From Endomicrobiia bacterium (lineage in GTDB: Bacteria > Elusimicrobiota > Endomicrobiia > DTEH01): DNA of 64,000 nucleotides. This document shows positions 36,606 to 47,034 of this stretch, in pieces. The number at the start of each line of letters is the position of its first letter. Position 1 is the first letter of the stretch. The notes under the pieces are model-generated. The model was not told where the DNA came from. It made no database searches and was given only the letters and a program-made list of their open reading frames with translations. The stretch is from NCBI GenBank assembly GCA_039630545.1, contig JBCNUU010000006.1, positions 39,949-103,948 of the forward strand. The letters run 5' to 3'. A program made the translations under genes and the position numbers.

Positions 36606-37450
36606 TGAAAGAAGAGTTGATTAAAAAAATAACAGAAGCCATAAATTTTATAAAAAAAGAGACCATAAACATTTCTCCTCAATATGGCATAATTTTAGGT
36701 TCTGGTTTAGGAAATATTGCAGAAACTGTAGAAGAAAAAATAGTAATTCCTTATCATGAAGTCCCAAATATGCCGGTTTCTAATATTAAAGGGCACAAAG
36801 GAAATTTTGTTTTTGGTTATCTCGAACAAAAACCTGTAGTAGTAATGAATGGAAGAATACATTACTATGAAGGATATTCTATGCAAGAAGTTACTTTCCC
36901 TATAAGAATTATGCATAAACTTGGCGTTAAATACTTAATAATCACAGCTGCTGTTGGAGCTATCAGGAAAAGATTATTGTTAAAACCATCTGATATTGTT
37001 ATAGTGAAAGACCACATAAACTTAATCGGAGATAATCCATTAAGAGGAATTATTTTTGAAGAATTTGGAGAAGTTTTTGTAGATTTATCAAATGTTTACG
37101 ATAAAGAATTAATAAAATTAACAAAAACTATAGCTAAAGAAAAAAACTTAAAAATATATGAAGGCATATACCTTGCTACCTGTGGACCTTCTTACGAAAC
37201 ACCAGCTGAAATAAAAGCCTTTAAAAAATTAGGAGCAGATGTGGTAGGAATGTCGTTAGTTCCAGAAGCAGTAGTAGCAAAACAGGCAAATATGAAAATT
37301 TTAGGAATTTGCTATGTAACAAACTTAGCAAGTGGATTTTCCTCAAAACCACTTTCACATGTTGAAGTGTTAGAAATTGCTACTAAAGTAGCATATAAGC
37401 TAAATATGTTGATAAAAGAACTTATTAAAAGATTACCTGATTATCAATGA
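36605..37450 (+). CDS. punA: Purine-nucleoside phosphorylase (trimeric type)
   Basis: ILGSGLG, GRIHYYEG, GPSYETPAE, VGMS, TN. Confidence 0.94.
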   Translation: MKEELIKKITEAINFIKKETINISPQYGIILGSGLGNIAETVEEKIVIPYHEVPNMPVSNIKGHKGNFVFGYLEQKPVVVMNGRIHYYEGYSMQEVTFPIRIMHKLGVKYLIITAAVGAIRKRLLLKPSDIVIVKDHINLIGDNPLRGIIFEEFGEVFVDLSNVYDKELIKLTKTIAKEKNLKIYEGIYLATCGPSYETPAEIKAFKKLGADVVGMSLVPEAVVAKQANMKILGICYVTNLASGFSSKPLSHVEVLEIATKVAYKLNMLIKELIKRLPDYQ

Positions 37451-38754
37451 GAGCATATGATATAATTCTTAAAAAAAGAGATGGATATTCACTTACTAAA
37501 CAAGAAATAGATTTTATGATCCAAAATTATACCACTAACAAAATTCCTGATTATCAAATGGCTGCTTTTTTGATGAGTATATATTTTAGAAGCATGTCAA
37601 AGAAAGAAATAATTTGGCTGACTGAATCAATGATTAAAAGTGGTGATGTTTTAGATCTAAAAGATATAGATAAACCAAAGGCAGACAAACACTCAACTGG
37701 AGGTGTAGGTGATGGAATTTCATTGTCTTTAGCTCCACTTTTAGCTTCATTTGATATAGCAGTACCTATGATGTCAGGCAGAGCCTTAGGCCATACCGGA
37801 GGAACTTTAGATAAACTTGAATCTATTGATGGTTTCAATATCTACTTAACTCAAACACAAATCAAAAAACAGCTAAAAAAAATTGGATTAGCTATTTTTG
37901 CTGCAAATAAAAATATTGTCCCAGCAGATAAAAAAATATATGCTTTAAGAGATGTAACTGCTACGGTAGAAAGTATTCCATTGATATCTGCTTCAATCAT
38001 GAGTAAAAAAATTGCAGAATCAATAGATGCCTTGTTACTTGATGTAAAAACAGGAAATGGAGCATTCATTGAAAAATTTTCACTTTGTCTGCAACTTGCT
38101 AAAACTATGGTAGAAATAGGTAAAAATTTTGGTATAAAAACTTTAGCTTTAATTACTGATATGAATCAACCTTTAGGAGAATATGTTGGCAACTCTTTAG
38201 AAATTTATCAAACTATAAAGATTTTAAAAAATGAAGGACCTGAAGATATAACAGAGCTTGTACTTATAGAAACTGCAAAACTGCTACAGCTTTTAGGTAT
38301 AGAAAAAAATTTTGAAAAAGCAAAACAAAAAGCTAAAGATAATTTATCTAAAGGATATGCTTTAGAAAAGTTTAAAGAACTTATTATAGCACAAAATGGA
38401 AATTATAAGATTTTAGACAAACCTCAGATTCTCTTAAATGCTAAATATCAAACACCGATAATGTCAAAGAAGTCCGGTTATATTACAAACATTAATACAA
38501 AACTTTTAGGATTGACTTTAGCAAAATTAGGAGCTGGTAGACAAAAATTAACCGATAAAATTGATCATTTAGTTGGCATAAAAGTTTTAAAAAAGTTAAA
38601 CCAGTATGTGGAAAAATCTGAACCGTTGATTTATGTGTTTTATAATGATAAAAATAAATTTGAAGAGTTACAATCTTTCTTTTTATCTTGTTTTTCAATC
38701 ACAGAAAAATTAAATTTTAAAACTCCTCCTTTAGTTTATAAAGAAATAAAATAA
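37447..38754 (+). CDS. pdp: Pyrimidine-nucleoside/thymidine phosphorylase
   Basis: DKHSTGGVGD, SGRALGHTGGTLDKLE, SIMSKK. Confidence 0.96.
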   Translation: MRAYDIILKKRDGYSLTKQEIDFMIQNYTTNKIPDYQMAAFLMSIYFRSMSKKEIIWLTESMIKSGDVLDLKDIDKPKADKHSTGGVGDGISLSLAPLLASFDIAVPMMSGRALGHTGGTLDKLESIDGFNIYLTQTQIKKQLKKIGLAIFAANKNIVPADKKIYALRDVTATVESIPLISASIMSKKIAESIDALLLDVKTGNGAFIEKFSLCLQLAKTMVEIGKNFGIKTLALITDMNQPLGEYVGNSLEIYQTIKILKNEGPEDITELVLIETAKLLQLLGIEKNFEKAKQKAKDNLSKGYALEKFKELIIAQNGNYKILDKPQILLNAKYQTPIMSKKSGYITNINTKLLGLTLAKLGAGRQKLTDKIDHLVGIKVLKKLNQYVEKSEPLIYVFYNDKNKFEELQSFFLSCFSITEKLNFKTPPLVYKEIK

Positions 38755-38757
38755 CCA

Positions 38758-40986
38758 ATGAGAATGCCGTATAAATGGATATTAAAAGAAAACAACAATA
38801 TAGATATTGAACTTCTTTCAGAAAAACTTAATCTTCCTAAAATTTTAATAAAGATTCTTGTGAATAGAGGATACGACTCAGAAGAAAAAATCAAAAAGTT
38901 TTTGTTTAATGAGCTTTTTTATTTAAAAAACCCTTTTTTGTTTAAAGATATGCAAAAAGCAGTTGAAACTACAAAAAAACACATAGAAGAAAAAAATAAA
39001 ATCCTTATCTGGGGAGATAGAGATGTGGACGGAGTTACGGCTTTAAGCGTGCTTCTTTTTACTTTGGAAAAACTAGATGCTAATGTTATGTGGTATATTC
39101 CTCAAACAGAGGGTTATGGTTTAAATATTAACACTTTAGAAAAATTTATAAATGAAATAAAACTTTTAATTACAGTAGATTGTGGCATTTCTTCTTTTGA
39201 AGAAATAAAGTATTTGATAGACAAAGGGATAGATGTAATTGTAACTGACCATCATACTCCAAACTTAGAAATAGTTCAAAACATTAAATCTTTAAATGTT
39301 CCTGTGATAAATCCACACTTAGAAGAGTTTGATTTTAAAGATCTTGCTGGAGTAGGGGTTGCTTTAAAATTTTGTTGTGGGCTTTTAATGTCATATGATG
39401 AAGAATATTACAACAAAGAATTTATAGTAATAGATTTGGAAACAACGGGTATTTCTGCAGTGGTGGATGAAATATGTGAAATAGCAGCTGTGAAGGTAAA
39501 AAACTTTGTACCTTATGAAATATACACTACATTAATTAAACCTACAAAAGCAATACCGGAAAGTGTATCTAAAATCCACGGAATAACCTCCAAACTTGTA
39601 GAAAACGCTCCAACAATTCAAAAAGTTATTCCTGAACTTTTAAATTTTATTAAAAACAAACCATTGGTTATACACAACTCTGATTTTGATTTGTCTTTCT
39701 TAAATAAATCTTTACAAAATTTAGATTATCCTCCTCTATCTAACAAAGTAATTGACACATTAAAAATCTCACAGGAGTATTTACCAATAAAGTCGCATTC
39801 GCTTAAACATCTCACTGAACACTTTTTGTTTAATGCTAAACCTAACCACAGAGCATTAAATGATGCCCTAGCTACATGCGAGTTATTCTATTTTCTATAT
39901 AACATAAAAAACCACAAATTAAAGTTTTATATAAAAGAAATGTTACCTTTAGTATGTTTAGGTACAATCTCAGATATAGTATCTTTGACTGATGAAAATA
40001 GAATATTTGTTAAAAAGGGAATAGAAGAAATGTATAACTCTGAACTTCCCTTTGCAAGAAGAATTAAAAAATACTTATTAGAAGAAAAAAAACTTTCTAA
40101 ACTAGACTCTGAAACTTTTTCTTGGCAAATTATTCCCATTTTAAATTCAGCGGGAAGATTAAAAAAAGTAGAAATTGCTTTAAATTTATTAACTGCAAAA
40201 ACTTATAAAGAAGCTAATCATTATTTTGAACAACTTTTAGAAATAGACAAACAAAGAAAAAATCTTCAAGAAATTAATTTTTCAGTCTTTTATGAGTTAG
40301 TGGAACAGCAATGTGACTTAGAAAAAGATTTGATTCTTTTGGTGGTAGCAGAAAATATAGAACATGGAGTCACAGGTATTGTGGCTAATTATATGTTAAG
40401 AGAATTTAATCGTTGCGTTATACTTCTTATTGTGGAAAATGACACAGCAATTGGAGCTGCTCGCTCACCTGATTATGTTGATATATACCAACTTCTCAAG
40501 AAATGCGATTATCTTTTTGAAAAATTTGGAGGACACAAAAATGCTTGTGGGATTACTATAAAAAAAGAAAAAATTCCTCTGTTTAAAGATGAGCTTAAAA
40601 AATTAGAAAAAGAAATTTCGTTAAAAACTCCAGAAATAGAAATTGATACAGAAATAACACCAGAAGAGATAACTTTGGAACTTTATCAAAAACTTAACCT
40701 GTTAGAACCATTTGGTCCACAAAATAACTATCCTGTATTTCTTTTAAGAAATTTAAAAGTAATTGATTGGAAATATTTTGGAAAAACTAATAAATATACT
40801 CAAATAGTTTTTGAAACACCAGCCTCCACAATTTTAAATGCTGTATGCTGGGATATACCTGAGTTGGGAGATATTTTAAGAAATTTCTCTTATTTTAATG
40901 TAGTCGGTGAATTAGAGTTAGACCCCCAAAGCAAAAATTCATTAAGATTGACATTGTTAGACATACAACCAGTAATTCATATTTAA
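38758..40986 (+). CDS. recJ: ssDNA exonuclease RecJ with an internal DEDDh (DnaQ-like) exonuclease domain
   Basis: GDRDVDG, TVDCG, TDHH, GTISD, NSAGR, FGGH; insert with DLETTG/HNSDFD/HRALND. Confidence 0.93.
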   Translation: MRMPYKWILKENNNIDIELLSEKLNLPKILIKILVNRGYDSEEKIKKFLFNELFYLKNPFLFKDMQKAVETTKKHIEEKNKILIWGDRDVDGVTALSVLLFTLEKLDANVMWYIPQTEGYGLNINTLEKFINEIKLLITVDCGISSFEEIKYLIDKGIDVIVTDHHTPNLEIVQNIKSLNVPVINPHLEEFDFKDLAGVGVALKFCCGLLMSYDEEYYNKEFIVIDLETTGISAVVDEICEIAAVKVKNFVPYEIYTTLIKPTKAIPESVSKIHGITSKLVENAPTIQKVIPELLNFIKNKPLVIHNSDFDLSFLNKSLQNLDYPPLSNKVIDTLKISQEYLPIKSHSLKHLTEHFLFNAKPNHRALNDALATCELFYFLYNIKNHKLKFYIKEMLPLVCLGTISDIVSLTDENRIFVKKGIEEMYNSELPFARRIKKYLLEEKKLSKLDSETFSWQIIPILNSAGRLKKVEIALNLLTAKTYKEANHYFEQLLEIDKQRKNLQEINFSVFYELVEQQCDLEKDLILLVVAENIEHGVTGIVANYMLREFNRCVILLIVENDTAIGAARSPDYVDIYQLLKKCDYLFEKFGGHKNACGITIKKEKIPLFKDELKKLEKEISLKTPEIEIDTEITPEEITLELYQKLNLLEPFGPQNNYPVFLLRNLKVIDWKYFGKTNKYTQIVFETPASTILNAVCWDIPELGDILRNFSYFNVVGELELDPQSKNSLRLTLLDIQPVIHI

Positions 40987-41002
40987 TTACAGGAGGAATC
41001 AA

Positions 41003-41893
41003 ATGAAAAAACAAAAATCAAAATTACCAACCAATATAAAAATTGGAATTATAGGTGGTAGTGGAGTATATAACATAGAAGATCTTAAAAATATAAAGGA
41101 ATACAATATTGTAACTCCTTTTGGAAAACCATCTGATAAAATAATTGTAGGCGAACTGGAAGGAAAACATGTGGCGTTTCTACCACGACACGGGAAAGGT
41201 CATTTTATTTCACCCACAGAATTAAACTCTCAAGCAAATATTTACGCTTTTAAACTTTTAGGTGTTGAGTTTTTATTTAGTATATCAGCCTGTGGTTCAT
41301 TAAAAGAAGAAATAAAACCCAGAGATTTCGTAATACCTGACCAGATCTACGATAGAACCAAACATAGAAACCCAACTTTTTTCAGAGATGGTTTTGTGGC
41401 TCATGTGGCGTTTGCCCAACCATACTGTGAAAATTTAAGAAAGTTAGTTTTTGAATGTTGTAGAGAATTAAATCTGACCACTCATTTTGGTGGAACTTAT
41501 GTTTGTATAGAAGGACCACAGTTTTCAACCAAGGCAGAATCAAAAGTATATAGACATCTTGGTTTTGACATAATAGGAATGACAGCCTTACCAGAAGCTA
41601 AATTAGCAAGAGAAGCAGAAATCTGTTATGTTACAATTGCCCTAGTAACAGATTATGATGTATGGAAAGAAGGTCATGAAGTTACTGCAGATGAAGTTTT
41701 AGCTAATTTAAAAGCAAATACAGAAAATTCTAAAAAACTCATAAAACTTATAATAAAAAAATTAAATCCAGATATAAGAGAATGTAGTTGCAAAGATGCA
41801 TTAAAATATGCTATTTTTACACAAAAAGAAAAAATAAACAAAAAGACTTATCAAAAACTTAAAATTTTTGTTGAAAAATATATAAAATTATGA
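41003..41893 (+). CDS. mtnP: S-methyl-5'-thioadenosine phosphorylase
   Basis: GIIGGSG, PRHG, EGPQFST, GMT, VTDYD. Confidence 0.94.
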   Translation: MKKQKSKLPTNIKIGIIGGSGVYNIEDLKNIKEYNIVTPFGKPSDKIIVGELEGKHVAFLPRHGKGHFISPTELNSQANIYAFKLLGVEFLFSISACGSLKEEIKPRDFVIPDQIYDRTKHRNPTFFRDGFVAHVAFAQPYCENLRKLVFECCRELNLTTHFGGTYVCIEGPQFSTKAESKVYRHLGFDIIGMTALPEAKLAREAEICYVTIALVTDYDVWKEGHEVTADEVLANLKANTENSKKLIKLIIKKLNPDIRECSCKDALKYAIFTQKEKINKKTYQKLKIFVEKYIKL

Positions 41894-42936
41894 ACAAAAG
41901 AAAGGAAACCATAAAAGTAAGGATAAGAGACATCATAATAGGTGGAAACTCTCCTGTTGTGGTACAAACTATGACTAAAACTGACACAAAAGATATAAAC
42001 TCAACCATTTCACAAATAAAACAAATACAACAAGCTGGATGCAACCTGGTAAGAGTGGCTGTTCCTGATATGGAAGCAGCAGAAGCATTCAAGAAAATAA
42101 GAAAATCAGTAGATGTTGCATTAGTAGCAGATGTTCATTTTGATTATAGGATTGCTATAGAATGTATAAAAAACAAAGCAGATAAAATAAGAATAAATCC
42201 AGCAAATATAAAACAAAAACAAAAAATAGAAGAAATTATAAAAGCAGCAAGAGACTATAACACTCCTGTAAGGATAGGACTAAATTCTGGTTCTTACAAG
42301 GTTAAAATTTCTAACCCTAAAGAAAAAATTTTATCCCAGGCAGAAGAATACATATCTTTGTTTGAAAAACATAACTTTAATATGCTCGTTCTTTCTGCTA
42401 AAAGTTCTGATGTAAACACAACAATAGATATCTATCAAGAATTATCACAAAAATATAAGTATCCACTGCATATAGGTATCACAGAAGCTGGCCCTCTTAT
42501 TGAAGGCACAATAAAATCTGCATTAGGAATAGGAATTCTGCTATGGCAAGGAATAGGAGATACTATAAGGGTTTCTTTAACTTCCTCTCCTGTTGATGAA
42601 GTTAAAGTTGGTTATTATATCCTTCAATCCTTAAATCTGTTAAAATATGGAATAGACCTTATATCCTGTCCAACTTGTGGAAGATGCCAGGTAAATCTTA
42701 TTAGTCTTGTTTCAAAATTTGAAGAAGAAATTGAAAAAAGAAAACTTCAATATAAAAATTTAAAAGTAGCTATAATGGGATGTGAAGTAAACGGTCCTGG
42801 AGAGGCATCTTCAGCAGACATAGGAATAGCCATGGGGAAAAACACTGGCGTTATTTTCCTAAAAGGAAAAATTATCAAAAAAGTAGATTTTGAGAATTCT
42901 ATTAAAGAGTTAATATCTTATATAGAAAAAATTTAA
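41890..42936 (+). CDS. ispG: HMBPP synthase
   Basis: VQTMT, ADVHF, RINP, HIGITEAG, CPTCGR, MGCEVNGPGE. Confidence 0.97.
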   Translation: MNKRKETIKVRIRDIIIGGNSPVVVQTMTKTDTKDINSTISQIKQIQQAGCNLVRVAVPDMEAAEAFKKIRKSVDVALVADVHFDYRIAIECIKNKADKIRINPANIKQKQKIEEIIKAARDYNTPVRIGLNSGSYKVKISNPKEKILSQAEEYISLFEKHNFNMLVLSAKSSDVNTTIDIYQELSQKYKYPLHIGITEAGPLIEGTIKSALGIGILLWQGIGDTIRVSLTSSPVDEVKVGYYILQSLNLLKYGIDLISCPTCGRCQVNLISLVSKFEEEIEKRKLQYKNLKVAIMGCEVNGPGEASSADIGIAMGKNTGVIFLKGKIIKKVDFENSIKELISYIEKI

Positions 42937-43241
42937 TCTTTCCTTGTTAACAGATATATTATTGAACCCACAAGGAAAATTCCTAAAAGTTCCGTAAGAA
43001 TAGAAATTTCCTGCGGTAGGAGTTTTATTACCTTACCGCATTCGCTGCAGTAAAATTTTGTAGAGGATAACCTTGAAATTTTCTGATGTTTACAGTATTT
43101 CTGTTTGACCTGCGTTATTTTCTCGTAATAATTTTTTTCTTCTTTAACTAAAAATAATTTCAATAAACTTTTCAATCCTGCATGAAGCATTTTTTGAAAA
43201 TAATTAAGTTCATATAGTAGTATTTTTATTATTTTTTTCAT
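42933..43241 (-). CDS. Hypothetical protein with CxH..CxxC motif and C-terminal TM helix
   Basis: ORF in operon context; CKH and CSEC; hydrophobic C-terminus. Confidence 0.6.
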   Translation of the reverse strand: MKKIIKILLYELNYFQKMLHAGLKSLLKLFLVKEEKNYYEKITQVKQKYCKHQKISRLSSTKFYCSECGKVIKLLPQEISILTELLGIFLVGSIIYLLTRKD

Positions 43242-43252
43242 AATTTTGCCTT

Positions 43253-43636
43253 TCAGATGCTATGCATCATAATACAAGTTTCGTAAACAACTTTTATGGA
43301 ATTATCTTTACAAAACTTAATAACCTCCTTACTTTCAGCACCTGGTTGAAGCCATATATTTTTTATTCCCTTTTTAAAACATTGTTTAACAATTTCTAAT
43401 GAAACCTCAGGTGGCGTTACAACATCTACAACTTCAACATCCTCAGGTAGTTCTAAAATAGACTTATAACATTTAACACCATCTACTTCTTTAGCAGAGA
43501 TACTTACAGGATATACATTATAGCCTCTTTCTTTAAGATTCCTAAATATCTTATATGCAATTTTTTGCTCATTTCTAAAAGAACCAACAACAGCAAAATT
43601 TTTTTTAGACAAAAATTCTTTAATTAAATCTTCCAT
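43253..43636 (-). CDS. CoA-binding protein (YccU-like)
   Basis: AVVGS, GY.VYPV, WLQPGAES, CIM. Confidence 0.9.
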   Translation of the reverse strand: MEDLIKEFLSKKNFAVVGSFRNEQKIAYKIFRNLKERGYNVYPVSISAKEVDGVKCYKSILELPEDVEVVDVVTPPEVSLEIVKQCFKKGIKNIWLQPGAESKEVIKFCKDNSIKVVYETCIMMHSI

Positions 43637-43639
43637 ATA

Positions 43640-44467
43640 TTACTTTATAAGCTTATTTATTAAATTATACATAAATTTAATATCTGGTTTTATACCCGTC
43701 CATAAAAAGAAAGAATTTGCAGCTTGATATACAAACATATCTTTACCATCTATAACATATCTACAGTTAATTTTTTTAGCATACTTTATAAGCTCTGTTT
43801 CTCTATTGTAGACCACATCGTAAACTATATGGTCTTTTGTAATTAACTCTAAATCTATAGGTAAAGGATCGTTTTCTTTCATTCCTAAAGGTGTAGCATT
43901 TATTATAATTTTTGCAATTTTTGTTATTTTTTCTATATCATTCTTTTTAACAGGAACTACATATTTACCAAATTTATCTTTTAAAAATGACATTTTTTCA
44001 GCGACTATATCATATACATATACTTTTTGTACACCAAGCTGGTCTAAACCACAAATTATAGCTTTGCTTACTCCACCGCAACCTATAACAAATGCTGTTT
44101 CGTTGTTGATATTTATTTTTTCTATAGATTTAATAAATCCATAAATATCTGTATTATAACCTATTAATTTGTTATCTTTGTTTACTATAGTATTCACTGC
44201 ACCTATATTTTTTGCTAAACTTTCTATCTCATCTATATATAGCATTATTTTTTCTTTGTAGGGTACAGTGACATTTAGTCCACATATATTAAAAGTAAGA
44301 ATAGCTTCTTTTATATTTTTAAACATAGAAGGAGAAACTTCAAATGCTAAATAAACATAGTTTAGACCATATTTTTTAGCCAGCATACTATGAAGCACAG
44401 GAGATAAAGAATGACCTATAGGATAACCAATTATACCTAAAAGTTTAGTTTTTGCATCAATTTTCAT
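43640..44467 (-). CDS. aroE: Shikimate dehydrogenase
   Basis: HSLSP, NVTVPYK, AVNT, NTD, NATPLGM. Confidence 0.95.
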   Translation of the reverse strand: MKIDAKTKLLGIIGYPIGHSLSPVLHSMLAKKYGLNYVYLAFEVSPSMFKNIKEAILTFNICGLNVTVPYKEKIMLYIDEIESLAKNIGAVNTIVNKDNKLIGYNTDIYGFIKSIEKININNETAFVIGCGGVSKAIICGLDQLGVQKVYVYDIVAEKMSFLKDKFGKYVVPVKKNDIEKITKIAKIIINATPLGMKENDPLPIDLELITKDHIVYDVVYNRETELIKYAKKINCRYVIDGKDMFVYQAANSFFLWTGIKPDIKFMYNLINKLIK

Positions 44468-44924
44468 TTTTTTTATACTTTGTGTCTATAAGTTGTATAA
44501 ATTTCTCCACATATTGTTTTTTTTCAGGAGACATACTTGCTACTCTTAAAAAAGTAGCTTTCGCTAAAAGATATTTTTCAGAAGAAAAATAAATTTTTCC
44601 TAAAAGCAGCATGCTATCTATGTCATTTGGCTTTTTGTTTAATAAATCTAAACATATTTTTTCTGCTTTGTCAAAATTTCTTAAATAGTATTCTCTGTAG
44701 GCGTTGTAAAGCTCATTTTTTATAAAAATTTTTCTTGTAGAAACCAATATAAAAATAACTCCTGCTGATATTAAAAATAAACCTATTTTTTTGTTATTTA
44801 GAATTACTACTTTCTCATTAATTATGTATTTTTTTATGATTTGAAATACACCTATAATTATATGTGGAAAATAAAAATATAGTAATCCTGTTAATATAAA
44901 AACAAATCCAAGAACTATTATCAT
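44457..44924 (-). CDS. Small membrane protein with TPR
   Basis: Two TM helices followed by TPR-like helices; ATG at 44924 (alternative TTG 44930). Confidence 0.65.
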   Translation of the reverse strand: MIIVLGFVFILTGLLYFYFPHIIIGVFQIIKKYIINEKVVILNNKKIGLFLISAGVIFILVSTRKIFIKNELYNAYREYYLRNFDKAEKICLDLLNKKPNDIDSMLLLGKIYFSSEKYLLAKATFLRVASMSPEKKQYVEKFIQLIDTKYKKNEN

Positions 44925-44926
44925 AA

Positions 44927-45664
44927 TCAAGCAAAGACCACCTTTTTAGCAATTTTGTCTTTTGACAAATCTAAATTTTGTCTTATAGCATTTCTTGTAT
45001 CTACAACAAAGTTTAGAACAAAATATCATCCTGTAGTTATAGAAAGAATGATCTGTAATTATTACAACTTCTATTAAACAACATTTTTAATTAATTAACC
45101 AGTGCTATTATTTATAGCACGAAAGGTATTTTCTAAAATTTTTGCTGCTTCTGCTACTTTGCCAGGATCCTCTCTTTCTGGAGAAAATGCTAAAAAAAAA
45201 TCCTTGCCACATATCAGTCCACTTTTTTCTAAAATTGGTTTTACAACATTTCTGGTTGTGGTAGGATAAGTAGTTGATTCCAGTATAATTATCTGACCTT
45301 TTGTAAGATACTTCATGATAGTATGAGAAGTTTGAATAATCGCTGTCAAATCTGGTTCATTTGTTTCTGTAGTAGGAGTAGGAACGCATATGATAATTAC
45401 ATCACACACTTTAAGTTTTGAAAAATCTTCTGTTGGAAAAAAATTTAAAGATTCTTTGATTTGATTGGATGATATGTGAGGTATATAAGATTTTTTTTCT
45501 TTCAAATTCTTTATTTTTTTGATATCTATATCAAACCCATAAGTAGTAAATCCTTTCTTAGAAATAAGTAAAGCCAAAGGAAGTCCTACATAACCTAAAC
45601 CTATAACTCCAACCTTTACTTTTTTATCTAAAATTCTTGATTTTATAGTTTGTATGTTTATCAT
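44927..45664 (-). pseudogene. Nucleotide-sugar dehydrogenase (WbpA/WecC/Ugd family) pseudogene with internal deletions
   Basis: GLGYVGLP, CVPTP, ESTTYP, then SPEREDPG joined directly to VAEAAKILEN; frameshift; downstream remnants ITDHS and VVDTRNA ending at TGA 44927. Confidence 0.88.
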
Positions 45665-46392
45665 ACTTTAATCAAACCCATAAAAAAAACACCTAAAACA
45701 AAAAGTAATAAAGAAATAATAGATCTATAAAAATTTTTTTCTCTATGTAATTCAGGAATTAAATCACAGGAAGAAATATAAATAAATCCTCCTGCCACCA
45801 CAGGAAGAATATAATCTGGCAGTTCTTTAATTTGATCACTTAATAAATATCCACATATCGTGCCTGCTAAAGCAAAAAAAGAGACTAAAAAATTTATCAT
45901 AAGAGCTTTCAATCTACTAAAACCACTATGGATTAAAACTCCAAAATCTCCTATTTCTTGCGGAATCTCATGCAACAGAACAGCTAAAACCGAAATAAAA
46001 CCTGTCCGAGTGTCCACATAAAAACTACTGCCTATAAGAATTCCATCAATAAAGTTATGTAATCCATCACCTATAAGATTAAGATAACTTACTGGATGAA
46101 ACTCACAATTTTTTCCTCTATGACAATGCCTCCAGTGAAAATATTTTTCAAGAATAAAAAATAAAATAAAACCAAAAACTACATAATAAAAAACATGGAT
46201 ACTTTCTTTATCTTCTACAATTTCAGGAATGATATGCAAAAATGAAGCACCTATCAAACTTCCAGAAGCAAAACTTATTAGCATAAATATCAATTTGTCT
46301 AAAATTTTTTCATTTATTAGCAAACTAAAAATACCAACAAGTGAGACAGCACTTACAAAGAAGGTAGTAAATATAGCATATGCAAAGTTCAT
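45661..46392 (-). CDS. ZIP family metal transporter
   Basis: HWRHCH, DGLHNFIDG, HEIPQEIGDF, PELH. Confidence 0.93.
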   Translation of the reverse strand: MNFAYAIFTTFFVSAVSLVGIFSLLINEKILDKLIFMLISFASGSLIGASFLHIIPEIVEDKESIHVFYYVVFGFILFFILEKYFHWRHCHRGKNCEFHPVSYLNLIGDGLHNFIDGILIGSSFYVDTRTGFISVLAVLLHEIPQEIGDFGVLIHSGFSRLKALMINFLVSFFALAGTICGYLLSDQIKELPDYILPVVAGGFIYISSCDLIPELHREKNFYRSIISLLLFVLGVFFMGLIKV

Positions 46393-46440
46393 AATTAATT
46401 TATCTATATAAAACTTTTAAAAAAATCAACATTTTAAAGT

Positions 46441-47025
46441 TTACATTTTTTTACCCACAGCTATAATATATATTGGATAAATATCTCCTTTAAGGTCTAA
46501 AATTTTCTTTACTTTTTCATCGTAAAAAGCACCCACACATACACTATCCAATCCCAGAGAGATTGCCTGAAGTGAAATATTCTGTGCACAATGGCCTGCT
46601 TCCATATAAACATATCTATATCCACGTTCTCCATAATATAATGTCGTTCTCTCATATACAGCACAGATTATTATATCTATAGCAGCCTCTGTAATAAACT
46701 GCTGATTTAAAGCAGCCTCTGCAAGTTCCTTTCTTAAATCTCTTTGAGACAAATTTTTTACTGAATGTTCATAAGGAAGATAATAAAATATTCCTTCAGA
46801 AGTAAAATAATAAATTTCTAAAGGATAGGTAGCTCCTGCCGAAGGAGTGGTCTTAAACTTGTTTGTCTCTTCGGTAACTCCATATGCAGCCCATAACAGT
46901 TGAGAAATTTCTTTTAAAGAAATCTTATATGATTTAAATTTTCTTACAGATCTGCGGTTCTTAAGTGCTTCTTCTACAGATGCAGGACCTTTAAAATCAG
47001 GAGCTGGAAGTTTTATTATTGTCAT
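46441..47025 (-). CDS. SagB/ThcOx-type nitroreductase family protein
   Basis: RRSVR, PSAGATYP, YGERG, EAGH.AQN. Confidence 0.9.
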   Translation of the reverse strand: MTIIKLPAPDFKGPASVEEALKNRRSVRKFKSYKISLKEISQLLWAAYGVTEETNKFKTTPSAGATYPLEIYYFTSEGIFYYLPYEHSVKNLSQRDLRKELAEAALNQQFITEAAIDIIICAVYERTTLYYGERGYRYVYMEAGHCAQNISLQAISLGLDSVCVGAFYDEKVKKILDLKGDIYPIYIIAVGKKM

Positions 47026-47034
47026 TAAATTATT

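Noticed and set aside
46441..47025. SagB/ThcOx protein as part of a RiPP (azole) cluster
   Set aside because: No YcaO, precursor peptide or exporter nearby; stand-alone members of this family are common.
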